This document shows positions 40,812 to 53,782 of a stretch of DNA of 64,000 nucleotides, in pieces. The notes under the pieces were generated by a model. It had not been told where the DNA came from, did no database searches, and was given only the letters and a program-made list of their open reading frames with translations. A program made the position numbers and the translations under genes. This DNA comes from Octopus sinensis. Lineage: Eukaryota. The stretch's first letter is position 1; every line of letters starts with the position of its first letter. The stretch lies in assembly GCF_006345805.1 (NCBI RefSeq), contig NC_042997.1:146816001-146880000 (forward strand), given 5' to 3'.

Positions 40812-42746
40812 CTTGTTTCCCAACCACATGGTTCCGGGTTCAGTCCCACTGCATGACACCTTGGGTAAGTGTCTTCTACTATAACCTCGGGTCGACCAAA
40901 GACTTGCGAGTGGATATGGTAGACGGAAACTGAAAGAAGCTTGTATATATTTGTATGTCTGAGTTTGTCCCCACCTCCCACCATCGCTTGACAACCGATG
41001 TTGGTGTGTTTACATCGCTGTAACCTAGCGGTTCGGCAAAATATACCTATAGAATAATTACTAGGCTTACAAAGAATAAGTCCTGAGGTCAGTCAGATGA
41101 CTGAGACAAATAAAACAATAAAAAAGAATAAATAGAAAAACTGCAAAAAGCGTGTGAATCTGCGAGGGGAATATGTTGAATAAAATCACAATTAACTGGT
41201 CCTCCTGTATTTTCTTTTACCTAAATCACCCAGTCGTATAACATGCATAAAGCCTGGGGATATTCGGAGGAAAATACACAATAGAAGTGTGTAGCTGTAA
41301 GTAGAGGTAATACAGCTAAATAAACTGACGGACGTGAAGCTTGGAAACGCATCACGTAAATATATATTATGTATATTAAAGAAAAAAAGGAATATGTCAG
41401 TCTAAATAAAAGGTCATATATTGTAAAAGGTCATCTGCGGGAAGTGTACTGCAATGTTAGCCCATAGTAAATGTGGACATATGAATATTGTGGAGTAAGT
41501 CTAGGAATATAAGAGAGTGACGTATATGTGGGTTAATAATGAAAATCAAACATTAATGAGTTATTTATGACTAAGAATAGTATATGAGTAATTACATAGT
41601 AAAATCTTTGAAAAGTTATTAAAATAAAACAAAAGTTATTCGTAAGCTCTACAATAAATGGTGTATAGAAGCATGATACAAGTGAGAGGTGCTTGTGAGA
41701 GGTACGCATGCAGTAGCGAGAAGGCGACAGAACGAAGAAGCAGTGGTTTGGAAGACAGAAAGGAGTAATTGCAAAAACAAAACAGGTAAAAGTGCAAGAA
41801 AAGTGACGTTAGTGTGTGAAACCTAATAGGTATGGACATACCTGTCACAAGCTCCAAAGTTCCTACAAGCATTAATAAGCGCCCAGAATTTCCTTTGCTA
41901 ATAGCTTGAAGAAAACAATTCCAAGTTCAAATATTTAAGATGTAGTGGTTGTGTCTGAACGTTATATTTCTGTGATAAGCTTGGAGGTCATTTTAAGCTA
42001 AAGATGTAAGCAGACGCAGTTTTAAATAGCAACTAATTAATATTATGATTAACAGTACCTTCATCCTTCAAATTCCAGATGTAATTAGAGAGTATTGTTG
42101 TACTTCTTTCTTCTTGTCGAAAACAATATGTATGTTGGTTGTGTCTGAATATAAAAATCACTCACTGTCTGAGGCCTTCATAACATATTGTATATAGTTC
42201 TTTCAGGTGGTGACTTTAATGTAGTATATCATACATTTCTTAAGGCAATTACCGTTTATGGAACAAGTGTTATAGTAAAACAATTTCATAGTGATAACGA
42301 GTCGTATATGCCTGATGGGCGCTAATTTCCTCCAATTAATCTAGTTTGGGAAAAGAAGAAATAGCTGCATGATTGTATCTTACCCTAAAGTAATTCCCAA
42401 TGAAAACCTTAGGAAACTTACGGCTAGTAAGAATATAGTTAATGTATATATGCATGTAAATTTAGAAAAGAAGTAATGTTAGGACTAACGGTTTAACAGA
42501 AAGGTGGATTAAACCATAAACATAACTTCACTTGGCATTGTATGAATAAGAAGTATTTTTTTCTGAATATGTATTGAATTTTATCAGTGAAGCTATTAAA
42601 TACGATCAAACGTCCTTTCGGAAGATACTCAGCAAATTCTCTTACTGATATTCCTTTAATAATTCTTAATAACTGCAAAAGTGAGCTTTTCAGAATAAGT
42701 ACATGGGCAAGAACGAGTGGGTTTGTACATATAAATAGATTTGTGT

Positions 42747-42780
<34 letters not shown>

Positions 42781-42807
42781 GTGTGTGCGTATGTGTGTCT
42801 GTATGTA

Positions 42808-43465
42808 TATAAATTAGAGAAGAACCACCTTTTATCAATTCAACAATAAAATAACAATGATATAATTAAATTATACCATATAGAAAGAAATTAAATATAC
42901 GATAAAACATATACCAATAATTAAGTAAAGTACAAAATAAATAAAAAGTATATAATTGGTAAAAAGACTACGTGTTTCGTGACTATATTTTCAAACTGTT
43001 AACAGTAAAATCAATTCAATTTAGATATAGTCACTCTTCAGGTCAAAGATAAAAACAATTAAATAATTAAATAAATTAATATACGTATATAATATTATAA
43101 GAAAATATAAATATATATAAAATACGGAATTTTACAATAAAAATCGAACAAAATATAATAATATATCATAAAATACAAACACGAAATATCTTAACAAATA
43201 TATTCTGTTAACTAAATCTTTAAACTTAATACATAGGACTTATTATTTATAACATTTATCCCGTTAAAAATGTGGTATAAATAAATATAGCCACGAAACA
43301 CGTGTAGTCTTTTTACCAATTATATACTTTTTATTTATCATTTTGTACTTTACCAAATTATTGGTATATGTTTTATCGTATATTTAATTTTTTCTATATG
43401 GTTTAATTTAATTATATCATTGTTGAATTGATAAAAGGTGATTCTTCTCTAATTTATATACATAT
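42808..43465. repeat. Outward-facing ~185-bp inverted pair with hammerhead
   Basis: 42808-42990 is the reverse complement of 43281-43465; the right arm starts inside the ribozyme (atatagccacGAAACACGTGTAgtc). Confidence 0.85.
42966..43044 (-). ncRNA. Type-I hammerhead ribozyme
   Basis: gac-CTGAAGA-gtgactatat..atatagtcac-GAAAC-AC-GTA-gtc; perfect 10-bp stem II, 3-bp stem I. Confidence 0.75.
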
Positions 43466-43541
43466 ATTATATATTGTGAAATTTGATTTAGTCATACTAA
43501 ATTGAATCTTTCCCTGTAAGTTTGAAATAATATTCCCTAAT

Positions 43542-43574
<33 letters not shown>

Positions 43575-43580
<6 letters not shown>

Positions 43581-44410
43581 CAGTGTACAAACAATTTACG
43601 TATATATACACAAAAGAGGTGGCCGTTAACAGGACACCTTACATGCTAGAAAGGGCAGTTAAAGTCCAAACCACTGAATAAGAGCAATTTCAAAGGAAAT
43701 GAAAATAAAAATAAAGAATATTTTTGTAGTTACCCTCAGACTCGAGTTTCTGTATCAATGTGCAAGATAAATTAATTTGCCATCCGTACTTCTTCAGTGA
43801 CGGCACTAAAATTAATGCATATTTTTTTTATTTTCATTCCCTTTGAAATTGCTATCATTCGTGGTTTGGGCTGTAATTGACCTTTCTAGCATGTAAGATG
43901 TCCTGTTAAAGGTCACCTCTTTCGTGTATATGTAAATTGTTTGTACACTATTATATATGAAAATATGTTGTATATTGATTTTCTGAAAATTTTTCTAAAT
44001 TTTCTACCCTTGTTATTTTCACAGTAAGATTTTCATAGCTTCGAAGCCTTTCTGGTACGCAGTTCTAATTTTTCATTATTATTTGCTGCCGAATGTAACT
44101 CCGCTTGCGCGGTGGATTTGAAAATTATAATGTATAAGTATGTAACACGTGTATTTTCGGTGCTATTTGCTGTATAAATATGCATTAATTTTAGCGCCCT
44201 CACTGAAGAAGTACGGATGGCAAATTAATTTATTTTGCACTTTGATACAGAAACTCAAATATGAGGGTAGCTACCAGTTTTTTTTCATTCCCATTGAAAT
44301 TGCTCTTATTTGTGGTTTGGGCTGTAACTGCGCTTCCTAGCATGTAAGGTGTCCTATTAAATGTCACCTCTTTCGTGTATAAACACTATTATATATGAAA
44401 ATATGTTGCC
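43575..44410. repeat. Inverted/tandem hammerhead repeat family
   Basis: Minus copy 43575-43825 (CTGAAGA..GAAACTCGAGTC-tgaggg, 43733-43803); plus partial copy 43830-43975; plus copy 44178-44410 (ccctca-CTGAAGA, 44197-44267, stem III decayed). Confidence 0.8.
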
Positions 44411-44603
44411 TGTTGACATTATTACACATGGTACCCACCGTAATGAAAATTTTTCTAAATTTTTTACCAGTATTATTTTTCACACTATATATGTATGTGT
44501 GTGTGTGCGTGTGTGTGTGCGCGCGCGCGCGTGTGTGCGTGTGTGTGCGTGTGTGTGTGCGTGTGTGTGTGCGTGTGTGTGTGTTTGTATGTATGTATAT
44601 ATG

Positions 44604-44635
<32 letters not shown>

Positions 44636-44919
44636 CTATATATATATATATATATATATATAAGAATATTTAAATGGGTAAATGAATTATCCTTTGTTTA
44701 CCGTTAACATGGAAAATTCAATAACAGTTACCAGGGTAGCAAAATATACGCAAGTAACATGGATGAAGCGACCTATTCAAAGAAAAAAAACTCCGGGATA
44801 ACGTGCAGTAATTTGTGTATTATAAATAAATAAAAGGAGTTGAACGAAGACGTTATTAAAATTCTTTTACTTTCGACATCTTCGTTCAACTCCTTATATA
44901 ATATATATATATATATATA

Positions 44920-44975
<56 letters not shown>

Positions 44976-45196
44976 ATAATGATGATGAAAGGAAGAAAAT
45001 GGAGAATTTTCAAATGTATGAATAATTTATTTGTATGATATAGTGAGGTTGAAAGATTTTTTGTGAAACAATACAAGTAAACTATAAATTATAAAGCTCT
45101 AACAGAAATGACATGCCAAAAACCTACATATATTTGTGTGAATATACGCCCATGTATGTATATCTATAAATACGTAGGCATATATCGTGAAGTATT

Positions 45197-45262
<66 letters not shown>

Positions 45263-45270
45263 ATATATAT

Positions 45271-45638
45271 AAAATAAGCAACAGGATATCAAGAGGTGAT
45301 GCAGTACGACCGTTTCAAGCGGCTCCCTTTTGTTGAACAATGCAATAATTACGTCAATTTTAATGCATGGCAATCCTCAGCTACATAAATAAATAAGTAG
45401 GATTTTTAATATTCTTAGCTACATTAGTGGCACCATGGATTCTTTCCATCTTCTTGCTCTATTAGAGTATTTGAGTAAAATTATATTAATGTGTCCGACT
45501 GATTAAAAATTCTATTTATTTATTTATGCAGCTGAGGATAGACCTGCATTTAAATTGATGTAATGATTGCATTGTTCAATTAAATGGAGCTGAAACGGTC
45601 GTACTGCATCACTTCTTGATATCCTGTTGCTTATTTTG
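45271..45638. repeat. Outward-facing inverted pair with two hammerheads
   Basis: atgcag-CTGAGGA..GAAAC-GGTC-GTA-ctgcat at 45526-45609 (+) and its homologue at 45299-45386 (-); 6-bp stem I, weak stem II. Confidence 0.75.
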
Positions 45639-45651
45639 ATTTTATTCACCT

Positions 45652-45985
45652 ATATTATAGATATAGGGTAAAAAATTATTAATTTATAATTAATAAATTT
45701 CACCAAGTAGTTACGGTATGGAAAGGAACCATATTCGGTAAAAACTTATACAACAAATTTTATATATTTTGTAGCGAAAAGAAATAGCGGTCTTTTGGCT
45801 GCTGTTTCTAAATTGTTCGGTATGTGGTTAAGCAACTCGTTGTTAAACCCTTAATTATTGTTATAATTATATATAAAACTTGTTGTATAAGTTTTTACCG
45901 AATATGGTTCTTTTCCATACCGAAGCTACTTGGTGAAATTTATTAATTATAAATTAATAATTTTTTACCCTATATCTATAATAAT
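45652..45985. repeat. ~120-bp-arm inverted repeat
   Basis: 45652-45770 is the reverse complement of 45868-45985; the spacer recurs directly at 46325-46420. Confidence 0.8.
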
Positions 45986-46186
45986 TATTTTACTCCCTGA
46001 TGCAGATCTATTTTCTGCAGTACTGTCTCGTGACGTACATGGTGTAGAAATTGGTGGCAAATATGAATTTCACTCGTCTATATAAATTCGGATATGCTAA
46101 CTACCTTGTGTGATGTTCTGATGTCGCTTGGTCAGAAATGCAAAGGGTAAGTTTTCTAGCATTTTTTAATTTATAACTCTTGGAAT

Positions 46187-46242
46187 ATTATGTTGATAAG
46201 GAAATGAGTTTTATAACTCTAATCCAGAAACGCGTCCATAAT
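46187..46242 (+). ncRNA. Degenerate hammerhead downstream of TATA and a splice donor
   Basis: attatg-TTGATAA-gga..tcc-a-GAAAC-GC-GTC-cataat; GG/GTAAGT at ~46147; TATATAAA at ~46080. Confidence 0.5.
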
Positions 46243-46460
46243 TAACTGAAGATTGTTTGATTTCATTATTTTCCTTCTTTTTTTGCCTGTGCGAGTTACA
46301 GAGAGGGTTGTCTGTGGAGTCATATTTTGTAACGAAAAAAAATAGCGGTCTTTTGGCTGTTGTTTCTAAATTTTTCGGTATGTGGTTAAGCAACTCGTTG
46401 CTAAACCCTTAATTATTGTTTTATATATATATATATATATATAATATATATATATATATA

Positions 46461-46529
<69 letters not shown>

Positions 46530-46644
46530 CTTTATTTAAAAGCAGCAGAAAATCAACAAAACCTGTTACTCTGAATTTCCCGTTCCCGTTCGTGAAACTC
46601 AGAGTAACAGGTTTTATTGAATTTTCTGCTGCTTTTAAATAAAG
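46530..46644. repeat. Near-perfect fold-back centred on a hammerhead 3' half
   Basis: ~44-bp arms; the loop and right arm read gtGAAACTCAGAGTA-acagg. Confidence 0.75.
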
Positions 46645-46728
46645 CATATTACTCTACCACTGATACTTGAGTACTCTTTTTCCACCCTGTTTCACATTTA
46701 TGTGTTTACTCCGGTGTAATATATATAA

Positions 46729-46810
<82 letters not shown>

Positions 46811-46816
<6 letters not shown>

Positions 46817-47846
46817 TATATTGAGGGTACTACTATTCGTAGATACCAACACGCTAAGAGGGACCAATGCGGTCAAAACTACTAAAAATAAACAAAATTT
46901 TACCGAATGCAAAACTTCAAAACACATCGTTTTAAAAAAGAATTCAGTTACATATCACATGTGATTTCGCATTTAATGCAGAATATGCATTTCATGTTCG
47001 TCAGTGCAACAAACTCAAGAAATATAAGAAAAAACATAACATTACAAACTCGATAGCCAACCGTAGAATTCGTCGTAGCTTGTACGAATGTTTATCCTTA
47101 CATATCTATGAAAATGGCGGGCTTTTTCGCAATGCATTTCGGTAACAAATTGCCTAGTCGGAATAAAAATTCAGTATTGAACTATTCCGGTGAAAAATAT
47201 AAATTAACAATTGAGGATAAAATCTTTAAAAGAAATTATCAGTAGTCAGCGTGAAAACCCTCGTAAGAGAAAAAATCCGTAAATTCTTCCTCTTTGAAAA
47301 TATTCATTTATATTATATTGAGGGTACTACTATTCGTAGATACCAACACGCTAAGAGGGACCAATGCGGTCAAAACTACTAAAAATAAACAAAATTTTAC
47401 CGAATGCAAAACTTCAAAACACATCATTTTAAAAAAGAATTCAGTTACATATCACATGTGATTTCGCATTTAATGCAGAATATGCATTTCATGTTCGTCA
47501 GTGCAACAAACTCAAGAAATATAAGAAAAAACATAACATTACAAACTCGATAGCCAACCGTAGAATTCGTCGTAGAATTCGTGCGAAATCACATGTGATA
47601 TGTAACTGAATTCTTTTTTAAAATGATGTGTTTTGAAGTTTTGCATTCGGTAAAATTTTGTTTATTTTTAGTAGTTTTGACCGCATTGGTCCCTCTTAGC
47701 GTGTTGGTATCTACGAATAGTAGTACCCTCAATATAATATAAATGAATATTTTCAAAGAGGAAGAATTTACGGATTTTTTCTCTTACGAGGTTTTTCACG
47801 CTGACTACTGATAATTTCTTTTAAAGATTTTATCCTCAATTGTTAA
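46811..47846. mobile_element. Retrozyme-like element 2: 497-bp unit, two tandem hammerheads (-) plus an inverted partial copy (+)
   Basis: gttgca-CTGACGA-acat..atgc-GAAAT-CACATGTG-ATA-tgtaac at 46947-47010 and 47444-47507; the inverted copy starts at ~47581 (gcGAAATCACATGTGATA); (TA)n flanks. Confidence 0.85.
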
Positions 47847-47856
47847 GTTAAAATAT

Positions 47857-47910
<54 letters not shown>

Positions 47911-48144
47911 ATATATATGCCTACGTATCCAAAATTTAATTTTAGAATTTATGAGAGCAACTGTCTTCGAAGACTCATATTGCCGTTCAATGCTCGAAAT
48001 GAGGAGTAGATAGACACCCGACAACTGAAGGGTCATTATTTGTGTTATTTGTCCTGTTTTCTGCTTGTTTCTCTCCTTGTTTGTGTATGGAACTCATTCC
48101 TTTTCGTATTTCATGTTGTTTACTGTTGGCGACGTTCTGCACCC

Positions 48145-48183
<39 letters not shown>

Positions 48184-48593
48184 ATATATACGCATAATAT
48201 ATATGATGTAACTTCTAAAATTATTAGTAATTCGTTTGTATTCTTTCAAGAAATATGTTAACCCCTGTAGTATAAGTTCATAAAACCGTGATGAGATTCT
48301 ACCCCATACAGTTGAACATGACGATCAATTCTTAGCATATGACCCTACCCAAATGCTTAGAATTACTAATCAACTAGGGGCATGGATCGAAACATATATG
48401 GAGGTTTGGGGCATTAGCCATTTCTTTTAGTACTTTATGATTTATAATTTATTTGTATTGTTTCAACCTCATATCATACAAATAGATTATTTATACAACT
48501 TAATGCCGAGACTTTCTCCTTATATAGTAGAGATTAACCAGTGAAATTTTGGGATTATTTAATCCCCGAGGACATGGCATCCTTGAATTGACA

Positions 48594-48634
<41 letters not shown>

Positions 48635-48834
48635 GTGTGTGTGTACACGCTTGTGTGTGTGTGCACACGCTTGTGTGTATGTACATATGCTTTATACACA
48701 TACATGTATGCATAGGTACGTGCACTCGTATACATGTGTATGCGTGTGTGTGTATAGATAAAACGTGCGTACATATAAATATATACGTGTGTATGTGCAC
48801 ATATGCTTTATAGACATACATGTATGCATAAGTA

Positions 48835-48865
<31 letters not shown>

Positions 48866-49319
48866 GCATATATATACGTATATGTACATACATCTATACG
48901 CATATATATATGCATATGTGGGCACAGGACGTCACGAAACGTGTACAGCAAAAATTACGAAGTACGAACGCAAGGAAATATGAACTATTTTTCGAACAAC
49001 GGAAGACACAAATGGAAACTAAAACAAGCAACACAAAGAACGATCCTTCATCAGCTGTTGGCTGCTTTTCTGATCTCGTATTTCGAGCATTTAACAACAA
49101 GATACGCTTTCGATAAAACAGTTGGTCCCTCAAAGCAAATTAAATAAAATTTGAGATTTTGCTGAGGGTCAACATTGGTACACAAACTGTCCTGTTTGTG
49201 TTACCAATTTTGACGTATAGATGTAAGTAAGTACATATACGTATGTATATATGCACATATATATATTATCTATATGATTATATGATTGAACGCTACGCAT
49301 CCTCTACCAAGTAAGTTTT

Positions 49320-49592
49320 ATCATAATTCTTATTTACGTTATTTACATTTGACGGATATTTGTCATCTTGTTTCTTGTTAACACAACGTTTCGACTTATA
49401 TGCTCTCCAGCCTTCATCAGTTGTCTTGGGGAAATATCGAACCTGGGTTCTCATTCCCAAGGTACTTTTCGATGTTGTTGTTATAATTATCATTATTATT
49501 ATTATTATTATTATTCAGGTCACTGCCTGGGATCGAACTTGGAATCTTTGGGTTAGTAGCCCGTGCTCTTAATCATTACGCCATATACCCGT
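49320..49592 (-). mobile_element. SINE-C, full length
   Basis: tRNA-like head, (AAT)n, CTGATGA-aggc..gtc-GAAACGTT-gtgtt at 49380-49425, aaatgtaaataa tail. Confidence 0.85.
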
Positions 49593-51291
49593 GAGCATTA
49601 ATAATTCTGATGCGTACTCTACCATCTTTTTACTCTTTCTCTTATTCTTTTACCTCCTCTTCTCCCATTATGCTATCCTATTACTCTTTTGTTTTTTCTC
49701 TTATTCTTCTACCTCCCCTTCTCCCCCTCCTGTTTTTCTCACTAAAACTATCACCAATTTTTTCCTCTCCTTCACAGTTCTGTCTGTCACACTCTCTCCC
49801 TCACTCTTCCTCCCTTGCTCACGTGGCTCCCACGTGACCATCGGCCATCGTTCTTCTCCTAACTTGTGTTTCTTTCTCCCCGTTGTAGCTGGATCAAGTA
49901 AGACGTGTTCTTGTCTGTCTCCTGTCCAAGCTTGATTTATACGTTCGCCACTACAACCTTGTTTGGGCTTAGCAGCCCTTCCTGCTTGTTTTCACTGTCC
50001 CGTTTGTGTTACCAATTTTCACGCTCCGCAGAATCCCAAATTTTATTTAATTTGCTTTGCAGGAGCAACTGCTTTATCAAGAGCGTATTTTGTTGCTAAA
50101 TGCTCGAAATACGAGAGTAGAAAAACAGCCAACAACTTCATTGCTCTACTGTATGTAATGATATCAATATAATACACACCAGGCTTTAAAAATAAGTACC
50201 AGGGTCAATATGTTTGATTAAAATCCTTAAAAGCAGTGCTCCATCCTGACTTCAGTCTAATGACTGAAACAAGATGTGTGTGTATTCTTTTGTTTGTCAT
50301 TTGACTGCGTCCATGCTGGAGCACTGGCTTTAGTCAAACAAATCAACCCCAGGACTTATTCTTTGTAACCCTAGTACTTCTATCAGTCTCTTGCCAAACC
50401 GCTAAGTTACAGGGATGTAAACACACCAACATCACTTGTCAAGCGATGGTGGGGGACAAACACAAACACACATATAACAGGCTTCTTCCAGTTTCCATCT
50501 ACCAAATCCACTCACAAGGCTTTGGTCAGCCCGAGGCTATAGTAGAAGACACTTGCCTAAGGTGCCAGGCAGTGGGACTGAACCTGGAACCATGTGGTTG
50601 GTAAGCAAGCTACTTACCACACAGCCACTCCTGTGCCTATATATATATTACTACGTACAGCTTTCACTCAGAGTAGAGGATGATTTGGCTGCATGCACCA
50701 TTCTTTTACTTATTATTTTGGGTGCCCATGTAGTTTTTGTTCCAACAGAACAGCTAGGATGTGCAACCTGGATTGGATAAGAGAGATGGGGACAAAGAGA
50801 GATGAGCCAAGCATTCAGCTAGTACTTTGGTTAACAAGACCAAAAACCTGAAAATTGAAGTTGACCTCAGCAAGATCTGAACTCAGACTTTAGAAAGCCA
50901 AAGCAAATATTAGCACACTAAATTTATCCAATGCTCCAGCAACTCTGCCAACCAGCCATGCCTGTATGTATATGTAAATGTTATATTATAGGTGCACATC
51001 ATAAAGATGCTGAGAATAAAAAAAAACAAAATAAAAATTTGGAAAAAATATTTAATTTCATAGAAGTTATTTAAAGGTGTGTTTTGAGTGAACAAATAGA
51101 AATTTTAAAGGTTTTACAGAAAAAAAAATTTTTCAAAAAAAAAAAATTCATAAAGGAAAAAAAAACCTGATTTGCCCTTCTGTACTTTTTTTTTTAAATA
51201 TATATTTTCATTTTTCCAAAATGACAAATAGTATTCTAAAGAAAATCTGCAGGTTATTGTATAAAGCCAACTTAAGATAAATGTATAGAGA

Positions 51292-51729
51292 TTAACCCAT
51301 AAGCATTTAAACCAACTATATCTGGCCCTAATATTTTACCTGTTTTACAATCAAACTGGCCAGATCCAGCCTCTCATACCTACCCAACAATGTCATTCTA
51401 AAAATAAACAATCACATCATTGAAATCCCAAAGCTACAAGATAATAAATGATTTAATTCAAAATAATGTGAAGAAATTTTACATTTGACAGAGTAATCTC
51501 AATGCCTAGGCTTTAAACCAGCCATATCCTGCTCAGATAATCTACCTGTTTTATGTTTTGAAAATTGGTCATATCCAGTCTCTCTCTCACCTACTCTCCT
51601 ACAATGTCAATCTAAAGATATACAGTCACGTCACTGAAATCTCAAAGCTACCAGATCATGCATGATTAATTCAAAATAATTTGAACAAATATTACATTTG
51701 ACAGAGTAATCTGAATGCTAAAGGGTTAC
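51292..51729. mobile_element. piggyBac-type MITE with internal tandem duplication
   Basis: TTAA-cccataagcatt ... aatgctaaaggg-TTAC; ~210-bp internal repeat. Confidence 0.6.
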
Positions 51730-52237
51730 AGCAAAGGAATTACAATTGCAGAAGCAGAAAATTAGAAAAAAAAAAGATTTAAAAAATATAAACTCATCAA
51801 AATCAATAAGAAATACTTAATTACAACTTTGCTAAAAAGAAGTGGAGATTTTTCAGATTTTTATTTTTAATGAAATTTTGCATTTATAGAACAGATTCTT
51901 CTCTTTTTCCATAAACTAGAATCAAAAATAGATTTAGACATAGAATCGCAATACAGAGAATCAAAATTTATAATTGGAATAATTTGGGTTTTAATTAGTT
52001 CCCAATTTCTCAAATATTTATCAATGTTATACTGGAGACATTTCTTTTTTTTTTTTTGAGTTTGTATTTCTCTTCATTCAGCCCCAATCCTTTTATCTCT
52101 TAGAGATTACAGTCAGTGGATTGCAGCCATGCTGGAGCACTGTCTTAAAGATTTCTAGCTAATGGTAATTATTTTATCTCTTTAACCAAGCCATTAAGTT
52201 ATGAGAACATGAACCAACACCAGTTGTCAAGTGGTGG

Positions 52238-52291
<54 letters not shown>

Positions 52292-52991
52292 ACAGGCTTC
52301 CATACACCTTCCCTCTACCAAATTCACTCACAACGTTTTGGTCAGACCAAGACAATAGTAAAAGATACTTGCTCAACGTGCTACACAATAGGACTGAACC
52401 CAGAACTATGTGGCTGAGAGATAAACTTCTTAACACACTGCCATGCCTGCACTTCAATAAGAGGATATGGTGTTATTTGAGGAAGATTTGACTGCTATTT
52501 CTAACAGGTCAACAACTTCTTAGAAGCTCTTTCATTCTTAGTTTCTATAAATATATATAGATGAGTACATAAGTTCTAAATGGTATCTTATCCTTCTATA
52601 TATCTTAACATTCTATAGTTTGTTTTGTTTTTTTGTTTTTTGTTCTTTTCATAAATGAATTCTAGTATTTCATTAAACCAGCGTTGCAGTGAAACAAATG
52701 GTCAAAGTTCGACAACTCCGTTAGATTTATTCTCTGTCGGCGTCTGTAATCAATAAAAGAAATGTAAATTTTCTTATTTTTAATTATTCTATTTCGCTAT
52801 TTTAATCCCGTTTTCATAATTAACATGGGTGGCGTGATTATTTGACGTTTTCCCCTAGTTAATTTTACAACTAATGACACTAAAGCATGAATAATTGAAT
52901 GTGACAGATAACCAGAGTAGTCAAGAGTTATATACCTTACAACAAACAGTTCGTCTTCATTAACGTAACATAGATGGCTCTAGCAGATAAG

Positions 52992-53211
52992 TTAAACCTT
53001 TCATTACCATATTTATTTTGAGATGCTCTATGTTTCTTTCAGTTATTTTAAATATAACAAAGAATTTAGTAAAAATAACTTAGTTATCATTAAGCTAGTG
53101 TTAGGAACATAAATTTTGACTAAGGTTTGGTGGGAAATTTTAATTCAAAACTTATAAAAACAAAACATTTGTACTACAGAGCCAGAGCTGGGTTGGTAAC
53201 GAAAGGGTTAA
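52992..53211. mobile_element. piggyBac-type MITE
   Basis: TTAA-acctttcattacc ... ggtaacgaaaggg-TTAA. Confidence 0.65.
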
Positions 53212-53634
53212 ATCTGTTAAGCTAAAAAAGAGGTGCAAAATAATAATTATTGATTCATGATTTAACTGAGAACTGATCAAGCAAGCTAAGATTTCTCTAA
53301 TTAGAAAAAAAAAACAAATATGGAACTTTTCACATTCGTCATCTTGTAGTTGTTTTGTTTATTCTGTAAAAGTTAGTGAAAGTATTGTGTTACAGGAAGC
53401 TTTAAAAACATACGAAATAGGTACAATCTTTTTTTATCCCTAATAAGTTTTCTCTAGATAAGTTCTTTATTCAAAAGATTCATAAGCTTGAGCCAATAAT
53501 ACATAATTTTTGCTAGTATCCTTGTTCTCAATTGAATTTTCAGATTTTAGTCAAGATTTTAATATGATGATGATGATCTTAAATTACTTTGGGGGAACCT
53601 TAATAGTTCGTAAATAATTGGGGGAGGTGGGGAT

Positions 53635-53782
53635 AAGTCAATTACATTAACCCCACTGTTCGACTAGTGATTATTTTATCGACCCCAAAAGGATGAAAGG
53701 CAAAGTCGACCTCGGCAATATTTGAACTCCAAATGTAGCGATGGGCGAAATACCACAAAGCATTTCGTCCAGCGTGCTAACG
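53635..53782 (-). mobile_element. SINE-B
   Basis: Family consensus; further copies at 36640-36812 and 38138-38270. Confidence 0.8.

Noticed and set aside
47950-50150. Repeat with GAAA before CTGATGA (47990, 49050-49125, 50080-50140) as a permuted hammerhead
   Set aside because: No stem I pairing; treated as an ordinary dispersed repeat.
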